Source: Selaginella moellendorffii
Taxonomy: Eukaryota > Plantae > Lycopodiophyta
Direction: 5' to 3'
DNA: 64,000 nucleotides
Assembly (NCBI RefSeq): GCF_000143415.4
Contig: NW_003314268.1
Location: 666,128 to 730,127, forward strand
A program made the translations under genes and the position numbers. Position 1 is the first letter of the stretch. Every line of letters begins with the position of its first letter. Below are positions 12,788-25,600 of the stretch, one piece after another. The notes under the pieces are model-generated. The model was not told where the DNA came from, made no database searches, and saw nothing but the letters and a program-made list of their open reading frames with translations.

Positions 12788-12930
12788 ATGCCAAGGCGAT
12801 TAATTTTCAAGGAGCTGGAAGAAATCGCTGATGGACGCGTTTACAGGGGAAACAAGCACAATGGCGTCCCACTTGCTATCAAGGACGAATCACTTGAACT
12901 CGGTGAAGTTCCTGGGATATTGCGTTGGTG
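12788..12930 (+). pseudogene. Third short relic of the S-receptor kinase juxtamembrane/subdomain I-IV region
   Basis: MPRRLIFKELEEI matches MPRRFTYKELEQI. The stretch caaggacgaatcacttgaac is shared with 8551-8570. Confidence 0.6.
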
Positions 12931-13115
12931 GCCACGCAAACTTTTATGGCACGAAAACTCAAGTCACGCTATTTGGTTAGATTGCTTCAAGAGTTAAAAT
13001 GGCAAGATTTGTGCCTGTGACTTGTGAAACGCAACTCTATGTTGACTTAATTCTGAAACTTGACTCCTTTTCATATGAACGCAGATCAGAGTAGACTCTT
13101 AAATCAGCAGCTAGA

Positions 13116-14407
13116 ATGCCTGGAGTTTTTCAAGCTTTTGCATTGATTCTTCTAGGAATTTTCACAGTAAAGCTCCCCACTGCACAGGAAATACAATGTA
13201 ACGGTGATGTTTGCTCCCCTCTCTGTGTTTCTCTACCCCTTCCCAAGCAGTCATGCTTTGAGAAACTCTATGTTTTCGGGAATTCACTCGAAGACATGGG
13301 AAATTTGGCAAGGGATACCTCTCTTTTTCTCCCACCCTTTCCATATGGTATTACAAATCCTGGGTGCCCCAAGGGCCGATTCTCAAACGGGGGGATCATC
13401 ACAGACTACTTCGGTAACGTTTTGGGCCTCTTGGTGTTCAATTCTAACTTCTCAATGTTTAGCTAGTTTGTTTGATCTTCAATTATCGGTACTTCCCTCG
13501 GATTGTGGCTGTACAACAAATTTCGCGTATGCTGGTGCCACTGCGTTGGAAATCCAGTACTTTCAAAGCAGGAACCTACGCACCATAGTTAACGTATCCT
13601 TCGACAACGAGACCCGGTGGTTTAACTCGTACAGAGAGAGATGTGAATCCGGAAAGTCCGCTCGCGTCGCTGCTCTTGTTGGCGGAGGTGGAAATGACTA
13701 CAACATCCAAGATGGTGCCAATAGAACACTGTCCGAGATTATGAGGACCGTCCCAGACGTGGTGCGTAAGGTGGTGGACACTGTAAAGGTGACGGGCTTT
13801 AAATTTTGAGGTGATCCTTGGTGAACATGTGATTTTGCAGTACTTGATGTATAAAGGTGTGGAAACGGTGATGGTTTTCAACGTGCCACAGACAGCATGC
13901 ACTCCAGCCTATCGCTTCCGGCACCGTGGCGAGGCCTTGGACGAGTTTGGATGCGTCATGGCGATCGGAGAAGTTGTCAAGTGGTACAACTCGTTGCTGG
14001 AAGCTACGTTGCTGGATCTCTACAAGACACAATATTCAGCTGCGAGGATCTTCGTCTTGAATCGATACAAATTTCTCAATGACGTGCTCAGAGACCCAAT
14101 GAAATATGGTATGGGAGTTTGAGTTAAACGACAGAGTTTCTTCACATCTTTTACAGGGTTTCTTCCTGATATCACACATGTAGCCTGCTGTGGAGGTGGA
14201 GATGAATTCAATGCGAGTGTCGTCTGTGGAGGACAACTTCCTTGCAAGAATCCTCAAGAGCATGTCTACTTCGACTTTGTCCACTTCACTGACCGTTTTA
14301 ACAAGCAGGAGATACAGGCATTTTCACTCACCGAAGAATACATCATCTCAAATCATTACAAGCAAACATCTTTGCTGGATGTGTGCGGTTGCGACTGCTA
14401 CACATGA
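13116..14407 (+). CDS. GDSL esterase/lipase (4 exons, about 13116-13413, 13462-13788, 13841-14108, 14157-14407)
   Basis: Signal peptide; block I FGNSLEDMGN; GRFSNG; NFAYAGA; GGNDY; ACCGGG; block V FDFVHFT. GT-AG introns of about 50 nt. Confidence 0.9.
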
Positions 14408-14580
14408 AAAGAATACATGCAAAGCATAATATGCATAGCGATTTGAAAAAGTCAAGATTAATCTAATTGATGGAAAATATATACCTTTCCATCTCAAATC
14501 ATGCATGTTGATCTGCCTAATCCAGGAATAAACACCTTTACATAGGAAAGAGATCCATTGGTGAAGCATTCCTTGCAAAA

Positions 14581-15890
14581 ATGCCTAGAGCTCTCGTTTT
14601 AATCCTTGTAGTAAATCTTCTCACGGCAAAGCTCTCCACTTCACAAACGACATCATGTACTACGCTCCTCATGAGCGTCTCTCTGCCTCTCCCTAAGCAG
14701 CCGTGCTTCGAGAAAATCTATGTTTTCGGGGACTCCCTTGAAGACATGGGAAACTTGGCAAAGAGCACCTCTCTTTTAATTCCACCCTTGCCGAATGGTA
14801 TCACCAATCCCGGGTGTCCCAAGGGCCGATTCTCAAACGGAGGAGTCATCACAGATTACTTTGGTACAGCTTCCACCATGTTTTAAGGTGATGAATAACT
14901 CTTGTCATGGTTTTCTGATTCCTATAGCTAGTCTGTTTGATCTTTAACGCTCAATGCTCCCATCGTCTTGTGATTGCACAACAAACTTCGCCTACGCTGG
15001 TGCCACTGCTCTGGGAATCGAGTATTTCCAGGAAAGGGACGTGCCAGTCCTAGTGAACGTATCCTTTGACAACGAGATTCGGTGGTTTCGCTCAAAAAGG
15101 GAGAGATGTGATCCTAGAAAGTCTGGTCGTGTTGCTGCTCTCGTTGGTGGAAGTGGAAATGACTACAATCTGAAGACGTCAGGAATCGAAGCGTATCAAG
15201 CATCATGGAGACGGTCCCGGACACAGTAAAGGTGGCGAGCGCTTGAGATCAGAAAACCTTTTGAAGTTAACAATATTTATCATGTTTTGCAGCTCTTGGT
15301 TTCCGAAGGCATTAGAACGGTGAGTGTTCTCAACGTGCCACAGCCAGCATGCACACCAGACTATCGCTTGAGACATCCGGCCGAGGATCTGGACGAGTTT
15401 GGGTGCGTTAGGGCGATTGGAGAAGTTGTCAAGAGGCACAACTCGATGCTGGAAGCTGCTTTGCTGGCCCTGTATAACAAGCCACATTCAAGCGTGAGGA
15501 TATTCGTCTTGAATCGCTACAAATTCCTCAATGACGTGCTCAGAGACCCGATGAAATATGGTAGTTCAAAGTTCAAAGTTGTTCTCAAGTTGTCTCCGAG
15601 TTTTTCTCCCTACCAATGTATGGAGATTTCTGTCACAGGGTTTGATAGGGATATCACACACGTAGCTTGTTGTGGGGGTGGCATACAACGCGAGTGTTCC
15701 GTGTGGGGGACAGATTCCTTGCGCAAACCCTCAGGAGCACGTCTACTTCGACTTCCTTCACTTCACAGACCATTTTAACTAGCAGGAGGTGCGGGCATTT
15801 GCTTCTACCAAAAACTATATCGTCTCAAACGAGAAAGTGATGTTGTGTTTGCGTGATCCCCGTCCCAAAGATGCATCAAAGTGCTATTGA
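14581..15890 (+). pseudogene. Tandem GDSL esterase/lipase paralog, pseudogenised
   Basis: FGDSLEDMGN, GRFSNG and NFAYAGA with the same exon layout as the first copy. TAA replaces CAA early in exon 2 (about 14946), there are deletions/frameshifts near 15170-15230, and a TAG at about 15780. Confidence 0.85.
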
Positions 15891-15997
15891 TATCAACTTT
15901 TTATTGAGATAGTATTAAATTTCAAAAAAAAAAAAAGATTTTGTAAACATAAAGGTGTGTATAATCTCTCTCTCTTTTCTACATTATGGCTTCCTCG

Positions 15998-16030
15998 TAA
16001 ACCCTAGAATCATAAAGTTTTAAACCCTAG
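15998..16030 (+). promoter_or_regulatory. Two telo-box motifs (AAACCCTA) just upstream of the WD40 gene
   Basis: aaaccctag occurs twice within 45 bp of the ATG. Telo-boxes are typical of plant translation and ribosome-biogenesis genes. Confidence 0.6.
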
Positions 16031-16037
16031 GAAAGCT

Positions 16038-17918
16038 ATGGCGATCCAGCAGGTAAGATGTGCGTGGGTTTTGTTGATAAAGAATGTGGCGCAGCAGGCA
16101 AGCGGTGGCGATGGCGATGGCGATTCTCCGGTGTTCATCGACCAAGCTGATGTTGATGGCGAAGTTTTGATCGATGAGCAAGGTAGAAATTTCTCATGAA
16201 GAGGACAAGCGAATGAATGCCTCTTTGTGATAGATTTGCCTGATGCCGAGGAGGACGGGGATGGGGAAGATGAAGAAGAAAAAGAAGAAGAAGAAGAAGA
16301 TGGTAATGATGATTCGATCCATATCTTCACGGGCCATACTGGTAAATTCGAAGCTTCATTTTTGTTCTTTCTCCTTGATCCAGAGTGTAAAAGGAATGCT
16401 TTTGCGTAGAGTCTGTCTACGCTGTTGCGTGCAGCCCAGTGGAGTCCAGCGTGGTGGCCACGGGTGGTGGCGACGACAAGATTTTCATCTGGAAAATTGG
16501 CGATGATGCCGCTCCATTAGAGCTCAAAGGTTTGTAAAAAAACATTCTTGCTATCGATCATGTCTCTTTTTTCCTCTTTCTTTGTGACAGAGCACAAAGA
16601 CTCCATTTCCTCGCTAGCTTTTAGTTTTGATGGAAAGCTTCTCGCTTCCGGAGGACTGGATGGCGTTGTCTGTGTTTGGGATGGAGTTGGATCCTTGAAA
16701 CACAGGCTGGAGGGTCCAGGAGAAGACATTGTGGTACTAAAGCTTTACCTTCTCTTCTAGTTTTCGAAGACGCTAGTGATTTTTCTCTTTGGTTTTTGGC
16801 AGTGGCTTTGTTGGCATCCCAGGGGACACATACTTCTGGCTGGATCGCAGGACTTTTCAGTGTGGATGTGGAATGCCGACAGTGGAGCTTGCTTGAGCGT
16901 GTTTACGGGTCACAGTGGATCAGTGATTTGCGGCTGCTTCACTCCAGATGGTATAAAGCTAAAGCACTCTCACACGACACGATTCTTTCGATGCCTTTAA
17001 TTGTTTCCTTTCGTTTCCAGGAAAGCTTGTTTGCACAGGCTCCAGTGACTGTAGCTTGCGAGTGTGGAATCCAAGGTCCGGCGAATGTATCCGGAACATT
17101 CAAGGTGACGAAGGAGTGACTTATAGATGGCTCGTTTACAAAGGTTTTTGAACTTACAGGGCATCCATACCACAGAGGAGGAGTTACGTGCGTCGCAGTA
17201 AGCCGTGATTCTAGCATTGCTCTTACGGGCTCCGCGGATGGAAGCGTTTGTCTCGTAAACATCCAAAGCGGAAGAGTAAGCTCTCTCTTTTATTCCTCTT
17301 GTAGCTTTCAGAGCTTTACTTCTTCCTCCATTCCTTCTTTTCAGGTTCTCGGCACTTTATCTGGCCACACACAGGCCATTGAAGCCATTGCATTATCCCC
17401 CAGGTGCTTGCCAGCATTGTTTCTTTCTCTCTTTTTTTTGTTTTTGCTTCTTTATTCTAAAGTTTGGCATGGCCTTCTCAAAGCTTGTCCCTGGCGGCCA
17501 CTGGCGGAAGAGATAAGAAGCTCATTGTTTGGGACCTCCAAACACTCTCAGTGCGCTTAACTTGCGACCACCAGGTAGAAAAAAAACCTCTCTTTTTTCT
17601 TGCAAATCCTCTCTTTGAATTGCTTCCGTGATGAGCACAGGACGATGTTTATCGAATAATCTGGTCGCCCTCGTCCGAGATGATCTACACGGCTTGTCTT
17701 GACGGCAGTGTCCATGCTTGGAACCCCCGGAGTGGAACACGTCAAAAGAGCTTCCACGGTCACAGTGACGGCATTTTGGACATGGCATTGACATGGTACT
17801 TCCAAACTCTCCCATTCTTTTCTCTGGAAAAAAATTGCTTTTTTTTCTACGCAGTGATGGCATGGCGATTGTGTCAGGCTCGGATGATACAACAGCCAGA
17901 GTTTTCGAAGTGAGTTAG
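16038..17918 (+). CDS. WD40 protein, AAMP/Sqt1-like (ribosomal protein uL16 chaperone family), multi-exon
   Basis: Acidic N-terminus followed by DDSIHIFTGH, VATGGGDD, EHKDSISSLAFSFDGKLLASGGLDG, WLCWHPRGHILLAGSQDFSVWMWN and SGSDDTTARVF. Many short GT-AG introns. Confidence 0.88.
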
Positions 17919-18408
17919 ATCGATCTTTAACATCGGTGTGGTGTGGTGTGCGTTTCTCTCTCTGGTCACCATCTCATCTCTTACAGTACAAGAAAGAACA
18001 AAGCTTGCTGTTTCATGTATAGCTGTGAAAGGACCCGACAATCGAATTAAAAGAACGCACACCCCTCGAAGCCTTTCGAGAAACGACGCGAGAGGAAAGT
18101 TTCTTCGAGTTCCTGGAAATCTCTCTCTCTACACACTTTTGTAGTTTGCGAAAAGAATCACGCTCTATAGCTACTCGCGCGCAAATTCCCAGAGCTTCTC
18201 TCTTCCCTTCTCTACCATAACTTACACCTCTCTAAAGAGCTAAAGTTTCTATCCCCTCTTCTCTTCTATCAGGAGCCGCGAATGCTTCTTAGCTACTCAT
18301 CTCTCAACCTGGTAGAATCGAAGGCTCAAGAGAGAAAAAAAAAAAAAAAAAAAAGAAAGCTAGAAAAGAATCTCTGGAAGAACAAAAGTACCTCGGTTTG
18401 TGTTTTCG

Positions 18409-21132
18409 TCACCTTCTTCCCAGCCCGTCCACGAGCGCAAAACCTTCCACCAGCCCTCTCGTGGTAGCCGAGCTCTCGGCTTCCTGGAACTCCTGGCTCT
18501 GCCTCTCTTGCATCATCAGCGATGGCGGCCCTTGCTGCTGGATTCGCTGCTGCTGCTGCTGCTGGCGATGGTGGAGCAAATGCTGCTGCCTCTGATCCAT
18601 CAAGTTCTTGAAACCATCGAACTTGAGAGCCTTGGTGCTGCTCCCTCCGCAAAGTAGCTCCGCTCCCTGTACCGCATCGAAGCTCAAGCCGAGCGAGCCA
18701 GTGTGACGCTCGGCGCTGTCGATCCACCCTCGCTTCTGGTGGCTCCGGCTGTTGCTCTGGAGCTTGCTACTCTCGGTGTTGTGAGCGCAGTTCTCGGGAC
18801 TCGAGAACAAGCCACCGCCGACGGCCGAGGCTCCTGCGTTGGTTGGAGTCGCTTCCGCGCTGGGCATTATGCTTAGCACCTCGGCCTCGCCCTGGACACC
18901 ACCACTGTCGTCCCTGTTGCTCTCGTCAAGCTCGTCAGTGGTTTCGTCCAGCTGCTTGCTGTTGTTGGTAGTGTTGTTGACGTTGCTGATGGTGGTGGCG
19001 GTGTTGCCGCCGCTGTTATTGTTTTGCTGCCCGGACTTCGTGGACGCGCTCGGCGTGCCAATAATTCCCTTCTGGTACAGCACGTCCAGCTCTTGAAAGT
19101 ATGGGCACGTCTTCGTGTTCTCGGGCCGCTTCTTGGTGCTCGTTTTGCGGTAGTACTTGTTGATGTTCTCCCACTTCTCCTTGCACCTCTTTGCGCTTCG
19201 AGAGTATCCCTGGCACGCCAGCCCCGCTGATATCTCCTCCCAAAACGGGCCCTTGGGACCGACCTCCTGGAACTTGGTCTCCATTGCGGCCCGCAGCTGG
19301 ATCAAAGCTTGGACTTCGGCTCTCGGCCACCTTTTGTTCATGGAGTCACACACCTCCTTGTGGTGATCGTCGTTGCTCTCGGCCAGGGTGTTGGAGTACG
19401 GTGAAGGAACCGGTCCCTGGTGTGGCATTTCAAGAACCTGACCCGTCGCCTTCTGAAGCGCACTAGCAAGCGCCGTGTCGTAATTGATTCTCCTCGTGTG
19501 TTCTTCCACCCGGAGCTCATATTCCCGGTTGAGCCTCGCCACCTCCTGCTTCCTCCACGTCTCGTCCCGCTTCATTCTCTCCTGCTCTCTCTTCTCGAGC
19601 AGCTCCAGAAAATTCTGCTGCATCTGCTCCTGCTTCTCCATAAACTTCTTAACTAGATTCTCGAAAAAGGCCATCCTTTCCTTCCACGACTTTCGCTTCC
19701 TCTTCTTCACGTTCTTTCCGTGGTCGCCGTACTCGCTGGTTCCACCACCGGGCTCGTCATACTCTGCAGATGACTCTGACGAGGAATTCACGTCAAAGTT
19801 GCTGTTGTTGTTGGTGGTGGTGGTGGCATGATCGATAATGTTGTTGTGATTTTCTCGTTGTTCCGAGCAATCACCTTCTGGATCTCTGCTACTTAAAACA
19901 CCTTGTGCCAACGCACTCGCCAGCTGCTGTGTTCCAACGCCGCTGTCACGGTTGTGGTTTCCATTGTTCCCTTCCTTGTGGAACTCCGTCGTTGTCGCAC
20001 CCATTGTAAGCCCACTGTTACTACCGTACAAAGCCTCTAGCTCCTCGAAGAAGCGGTAGCCTGTGTCTTCACCTCCGTTCCCTTCTTTTGTCTTTCTGAA
20101 ATAGCTGACAATGCTTTCGAACTTCTCCTTGCAGTTTTTCCCGCTCCGCATGTAGCCCATGGCTCCAAGTTTCCTGGAGAAAGTAAAAGTCACTGGTGAT
20201 AAAGGAAAGCTTAAAGGCAAACGATCACGACCAATGAGGGTGATATAGAGAAGCGTTTAGTAGCACAAGCAAATTCACGAGTCATTGCACAGAAGTTCAT
20301 TCACGAAGAAACCAAATCAATGCTGGTGATATAGAAAACTTAAAAACGAAAAGAAAATCCACAGAAGGAGAAAGGAAAGAATGTTTGTTCATGCAAGCGG
20401 ATAAAAAGGGGCAAAACTCCAAAAAGAGGAACAAACAAACTTCTCTAAAGGATGGCCTCTCACGTGTATCACCACACGCACCCCTTCCAGAAACCTAAAA
20501 CGCTTCCACAAATCCAGGAGCTCGCTCCAAGCGAAATCTTAGGGCTAAAACCATGAATGCAAGCTATCCACATACCTCGAGATCTCTTCCCAGAGATGGG
20601 GATGGGCGCCCCTCTGGAAACTCGACTCCATGTCCCCGCGAACCTTGATCAAGGCCCTTGCCTCGTCGCTGGGCCACTCGCCGCTGCCATCCTCACGATG
20701 ATCCCCCCGATCGCTTTCTTGCCGGCGCTGGGGGTGATCGTGCTGCTGTCCGAGATCGCTAGGAATTCTCGCCATAGCCACGGAGCAAGAAGACAAGAGA
20801 TGCTTGAAAGAAGAAGACGCCGGCGGGTCGTGAGGAGGAGGATTGGCATGGAGATTGTGAGCCAGATACTGGAGATGCGCGTGATGATCCCTCACGAAAT
20901 GCTGCTGCTGGTGCTGCGGCTGTGGAGGAGCTTGCACTGGCGGTGGCGGCGACATCGGCTCCCGGGAGATTCCCAAGAAATGACCCACGCCGCTGGCGCT
21001 GGAGGCCGCTGCCAGATTTCTTGCGGCGAGCATCTGCTGGAGTTCGTGAGGAAGAACATACTGCTGCTGCTGCTGCCGCAAATCCGATGCTCCTCCCCCC
21101 GCGGCAATCGGCACGCGGTTCCAATCCCTCAT
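18409..21132 (-). CDS. Trihelix transcription factor, GT-2 clade (two trihelix domains); exons 21132-20576 and 20173-18409
   Basis: N-terminal trihelix WPSDEARALIKVR..LWEEISR|KLGAMGYMRSGKNCKEKFE; central coiled coil; C-terminal trihelix RWPRAEVQALIQLR..WEEIS..GYSRSAKRCKEKWENINKYY..TCPYFQELD. Confidence 0.93.
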
Positions 21133-21681
21133 CTTTGCCGCGACCTAATCGATACCGGCGCCTAGCGCTCCTGCCAGGGATTCCGCCATGGCAAGAGGAG
21201 GCCGCGAGCACGGATCGATCGGCGCCCGCGGAAATAGGGCGAGATCGATCGATATTACGGCAATCTTGGGGGGCGTTGCGGACAACTCACCCCCGCGCTG
21301 GAAAGAAAGAACTGGAACAAGAGGAAGAAGCCGCTTCAAGAGAAAAGGTCGCCATTCTGTGGCGGAATGGGAGCGCCATCGGCACCATCCATCTGTCCAC
21401 CTGACCATTCCGCGGCATATTCCAGAAGAGAAGAAAGATTATCCGGGCTTCGATAAAATTCGAGGCTTGGATGGATGACGTCTGCCAAGGAAGCTACTTT
21501 GAGTTACAAAAGAGTTACCGATCGATCGGCGTAACTACTGGGCCGCATTCACTGTGTTGGTTGCCCGCCCCCACGTTTGGGTGGTCACTGGTAAGGTTTT
21601 TTACCAGCGGGTACTTAATTATTGCGACCGACACTGCATTTGGACATGCGTATTAGGTCCATTATACGAAGAAAATCAAAT

Positions 21682-21754
21682 GGGGATGTAGCTCAGATGG
21701 TAGAGCGCTCGCTTAGCATGCGAGAGGCACCGGGATCGATACCCGGCATCTCCA
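21682..21754 (+). tRNA. tRNA-Ala(AGC)
   Basis: GGGGATGTAGCTCAGATGGTAGAGCGCTCGCTTAGCATGCGAGAGGCACCGGGATCGATACCCGGCATCTCCA folds into an intact cloverleaf. Oligo-T Pol III terminators follow. Confidence 0.97.
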
Positions 21755-22670
21755 AACCTTTTGTTTTGTCGTTTTTTTATTTTTTGCTTTTCAAAAGCAG
21801 AATGTTTGTACACTATAATGTTACTTGGCCAAAGGCAAAAAACGAAAAGAGACTTTTTTTTCCGATTTTACCATATTAGAAGGATTCCTCAAAAAAATAA
21901 AAAGAAAGGAAAAAGTAAAAAACAAACAAAATCTTTCTAATCCGTAAAGTTTTGGAACCCCGTTTCACCCTGGGATGCATTCCTTTCTTGTCAAACCATG
22001 AAATAATTTAGGGAAAAATTTTCAACGGACAAGGAGAAAATGTTAAAGTGCGCCCACAATGATCGCGGGTATCGCCAATTATGAGAAGAACAACGCTATG
22101 TTAGATGTAGCTAGCAAAGAAGGACAGCACAAACGCCAAAAGTCGTCAACCAAAGCTCTAAAGTAGGTGCCCTAAATTTATATGAGAGATTCTCCCCCTC
22201 TCGTGGGCTAGTTAGTCTTCCACCGCGCTGTGGGGAGAGCGAAATATAGGGTTCTTCGCGGCGCGTCTCGTCCGGGCTAGCGGGCGGCGCTGCTCCAGGT
22301 ACTGGCATTTGGAATTTCTGCGCTTTACGAGTGAATCGGGAATCGCGAATCTAGCAGTTCGCATTGCCTTGCTGTGCTGCTTTTGGATTGTGGCTGGGTG
22401 ATGATGGGAGTGTCTCCTGTGTGTGGGGAAAATATGCCGTGACCAGCATCAAAGGCGTGATTGAATTTGCCTGTGTGGAGCATCTGGAACAGTGAATTCG
22501 AGTATCAGGAGTTTCCTTTTCTGTGGCTTGGTCTCGCCCCTCTTTATGCTTTGTTCCAGCGACTGATGCCGTTGAATGGATTTCCCTATATATTTGATGC
22601 CAAGTCTTTGAGGAGCTCCAGCGAGGGTCACAAGTCTTCCTGGTGTTGTTGTTGTTGTCTGTCGTGAAAA

Positions 22671-25600
22671 ATGGGACGATATCCATCGGGTCCAAAGAGC
22701 TGTGTGAGTGATCCTTCGTGTGATGTGCTCATCACGAAGGTCACGCATCCTGCCGTTGTGACGGTGTTTTGCTACTGGGGATTTGTCTTGCTCGTCTGCT
22801 GTTCTTTCCAGATCTTGAAGCTCTGGCTGATCCGAAAGAACCCAGTCAAGCCCGTGTTTCTACGGGAAGAAGCTCCAAAGTCTTCCAGGCCTGCCACAGG
22901 CAGCGAAGGTGCCTCAAGGTTTCAAGGCCAGGAGTTCCTGCTGGAGCCGGAGGAAGCAAAAGAGCTGCTTGTGACGGGCTACACTTGGTCCTACTTTGGC
23001 GAGTTTTGCTACTGCGTGTGCTGCCTGACGTCGTTGCACTGGCTGGCACTGTATGTCGTCATTTTGTTCGACACGTACAACAAGTGCGACATTGGTGGAA
23101 TTGACAATCTCTGCTTCTTTGGCAACTATTTTATCTTTGGAACCTACGAGCTGAATGCCAAGGTGAGCAGTTTTGCTTTTGCTGCTCTTGGCTTTGGAGT
23201 AGGATCACATCTATGTCCTTGCTCTTGTCCAGGTCTTCTTCACTGTCTGGTGGCTATCGGTTGTGTGGTACACCACCTGGGTGCTGTTTAAAGGGAGGGT
23301 ACACAACTGGTTTCGTCTTCCATGTCCGTTGTCTCAAGCGACTGTCGCTTTTGTTTGGGCCAGAGACCGGGAAGAAATCCTCTCAGCGAATGCGTTTGCT
23401 CTTGTCTACATCATTCGTCGCTTCAAGGTTCGGACCACAAGCTTGACATATGTTACAAACACAAACAGCTCTGCTTTTTGTTGTTGTTTTTCAGAATATA
23501 ATTATGCCTCCAGATGCTCAGGGCCATTTTGAGATTGTCGATATCCTTGAGACTGCCTCAGGGAAACGTTATTTTCTCTTTGAAGGGCTTCGTGTTCTCG
23601 TGGATGGTTCGCAAATCTCCCATGCGCGCATCCAAGTAGGAGCACTGCTCTCAGATTTTCATCAGGTACGTCTTCCTACTCAATAAAAGTACATTCGCTA
23701 AAATCATACCACTTTCAGTCTCCAACTGGGCTTAGTGCCGAGGATTCTAGCAATCGTTTAGAGCATGTTGGTTTGAACAAAATCCCGTTCGAACCCGAGC
23801 CATTATTTCAGAGTATCTGCGACGAGCTCTTCACTTTTTTCCACGTCTACCAGCTCATCATGTACATATTGCAGTACTGGAACAGCTATCTCTTCGTTGC
23901 AGCACTTATGACCTGCATTGTGCTGCTAAGCTCCTCGATCACCATCTATACACGAAGGCGAAGCCAGTACACGATTGCTGAGGTTTATCTGAGAAGGCTA
24001 CTTTCTTTTCGTTCTGCCATCAAAAGTAACAGTCCTGATGTTTACAGATCACGAAAATAAAAACGGACGCTGAGGTACTTCGGGGCGGGTCCTGGACTAC
24101 CGTGGATGCTTCTCTTCTTGTCCCTGGAGATATGGTCAGAGTGAAAAGCAACTGGCTTTTACCCTGTGACTTCCTTATTCTTCAAGGTTCGTGTAACTCG
24201 GAAAATATCATTTTGTATTTATTTTTTGTGTAGGTTCATGTATTACCGATGAAAGCGCCTTAACAGGCGAAGCGATGCCTGTTCAAAAATATGCAGCTCC
24301 TAATGTTTCTCTTTCGTATCAGTCACAAGGGAATGGTGCTAGACATACACTTTTCTCTGGTACCACCGTGTTACAAGCAGGCAGTTCTGGTGAAGAAGTT
24401 CGAGCTATTGTTGCAGAGACAGGTAATCTGTTTCACTCTTATGTAAGAAACATCAACTTGAATACATCTATGTTGAATCAGGGATGAACACGTCAAAGGG
24501 GCAAATTTTATCGTCGATACTCTATCCTCAAAAGATGATTTTCAAGTACGACGAAGAGCTGCCTATTGTTGCCTTCTTTCTCGTTCTCTACGGTATAGTC
24601 TGTTTCGCCATTTCGATTGTCTTCCAGGTAAGAGTTTTTTTTTGTTGACACTAGCGTGGCGCTAACAAAATGGATTTTGTAGAACCACGCCGGTGCCCAA
24701 AGTTACTGGGTCACCAAATGGATTTATTGTATGGCCATTGTGAGTCAGATCATGTCCCCGCTGTTGCCCGTGGCTTTGGAAGTGGGACAACTTCATTCAG
24801 TGGATCGACTCAAGGCAAGTGCTGTGTTCATTAAACGCAGCCTCTTACATCTTTTGTTTTTCTAGAGTCGCGGCATCTTCTGCCTCAATCCCAAACGTAT
24901 TGCTATCGCTGGGAAAATACGTGTGTTTTGTTTTGACAAAACTGGCACTTTAACCAAGGAGGGCCTCGACTTTGTTGGTGTCCATTGTGTTTCCAAGGTA
25001 GAAAACGAGAACTCGGTGTTTGAACCAGTCGTCTTACATGAGAAGCGAGATATTGAAAACACTACTGTGTTGCACGGACTGGCTACATGCCATGCGCTGT
25101 CCAAATTTGAAGGGATCTTCGTCGGAAATCAAGTTGAGGTACATGTTGTATTTTCTCTAATGAGCAGATGGATTGCAATATTGACGCAGGTGAATATGTT
25201 CAAATCTGTTGGCTGGGACTTCTATGAACTTGACGATCGATCAGTGGTCGTTCGCAGTGACGATGGAAAAGAGTTGAAGGTTGTCCGACGAAATGAATTC
25301 GATCATGCCCGAGCAACCATGAGCGTTATTGTTCAAGATGAAAGGGATGAGTTTCACATATACTGTAAGGTAATTTGACTGGCTTGTTATGGACCACTGA
25401 CTAGTAACTATTGTAGGGATCCTTTGAGAGAATCCAAGAGCTTAGTAAAGCAGGTACTTTACCTTTGGACTACATAAGTACAGCTCAAGCTCATGCACTA
25501 GAGGGGTGCTACGTCTTAAGTCTCGGATACAGGTACCCTGAGTCTTTTTTTTTGGTCAGTTGTGGATGTTTCCTTTGCTCCAGGAAACTGAGCCCTTCAG

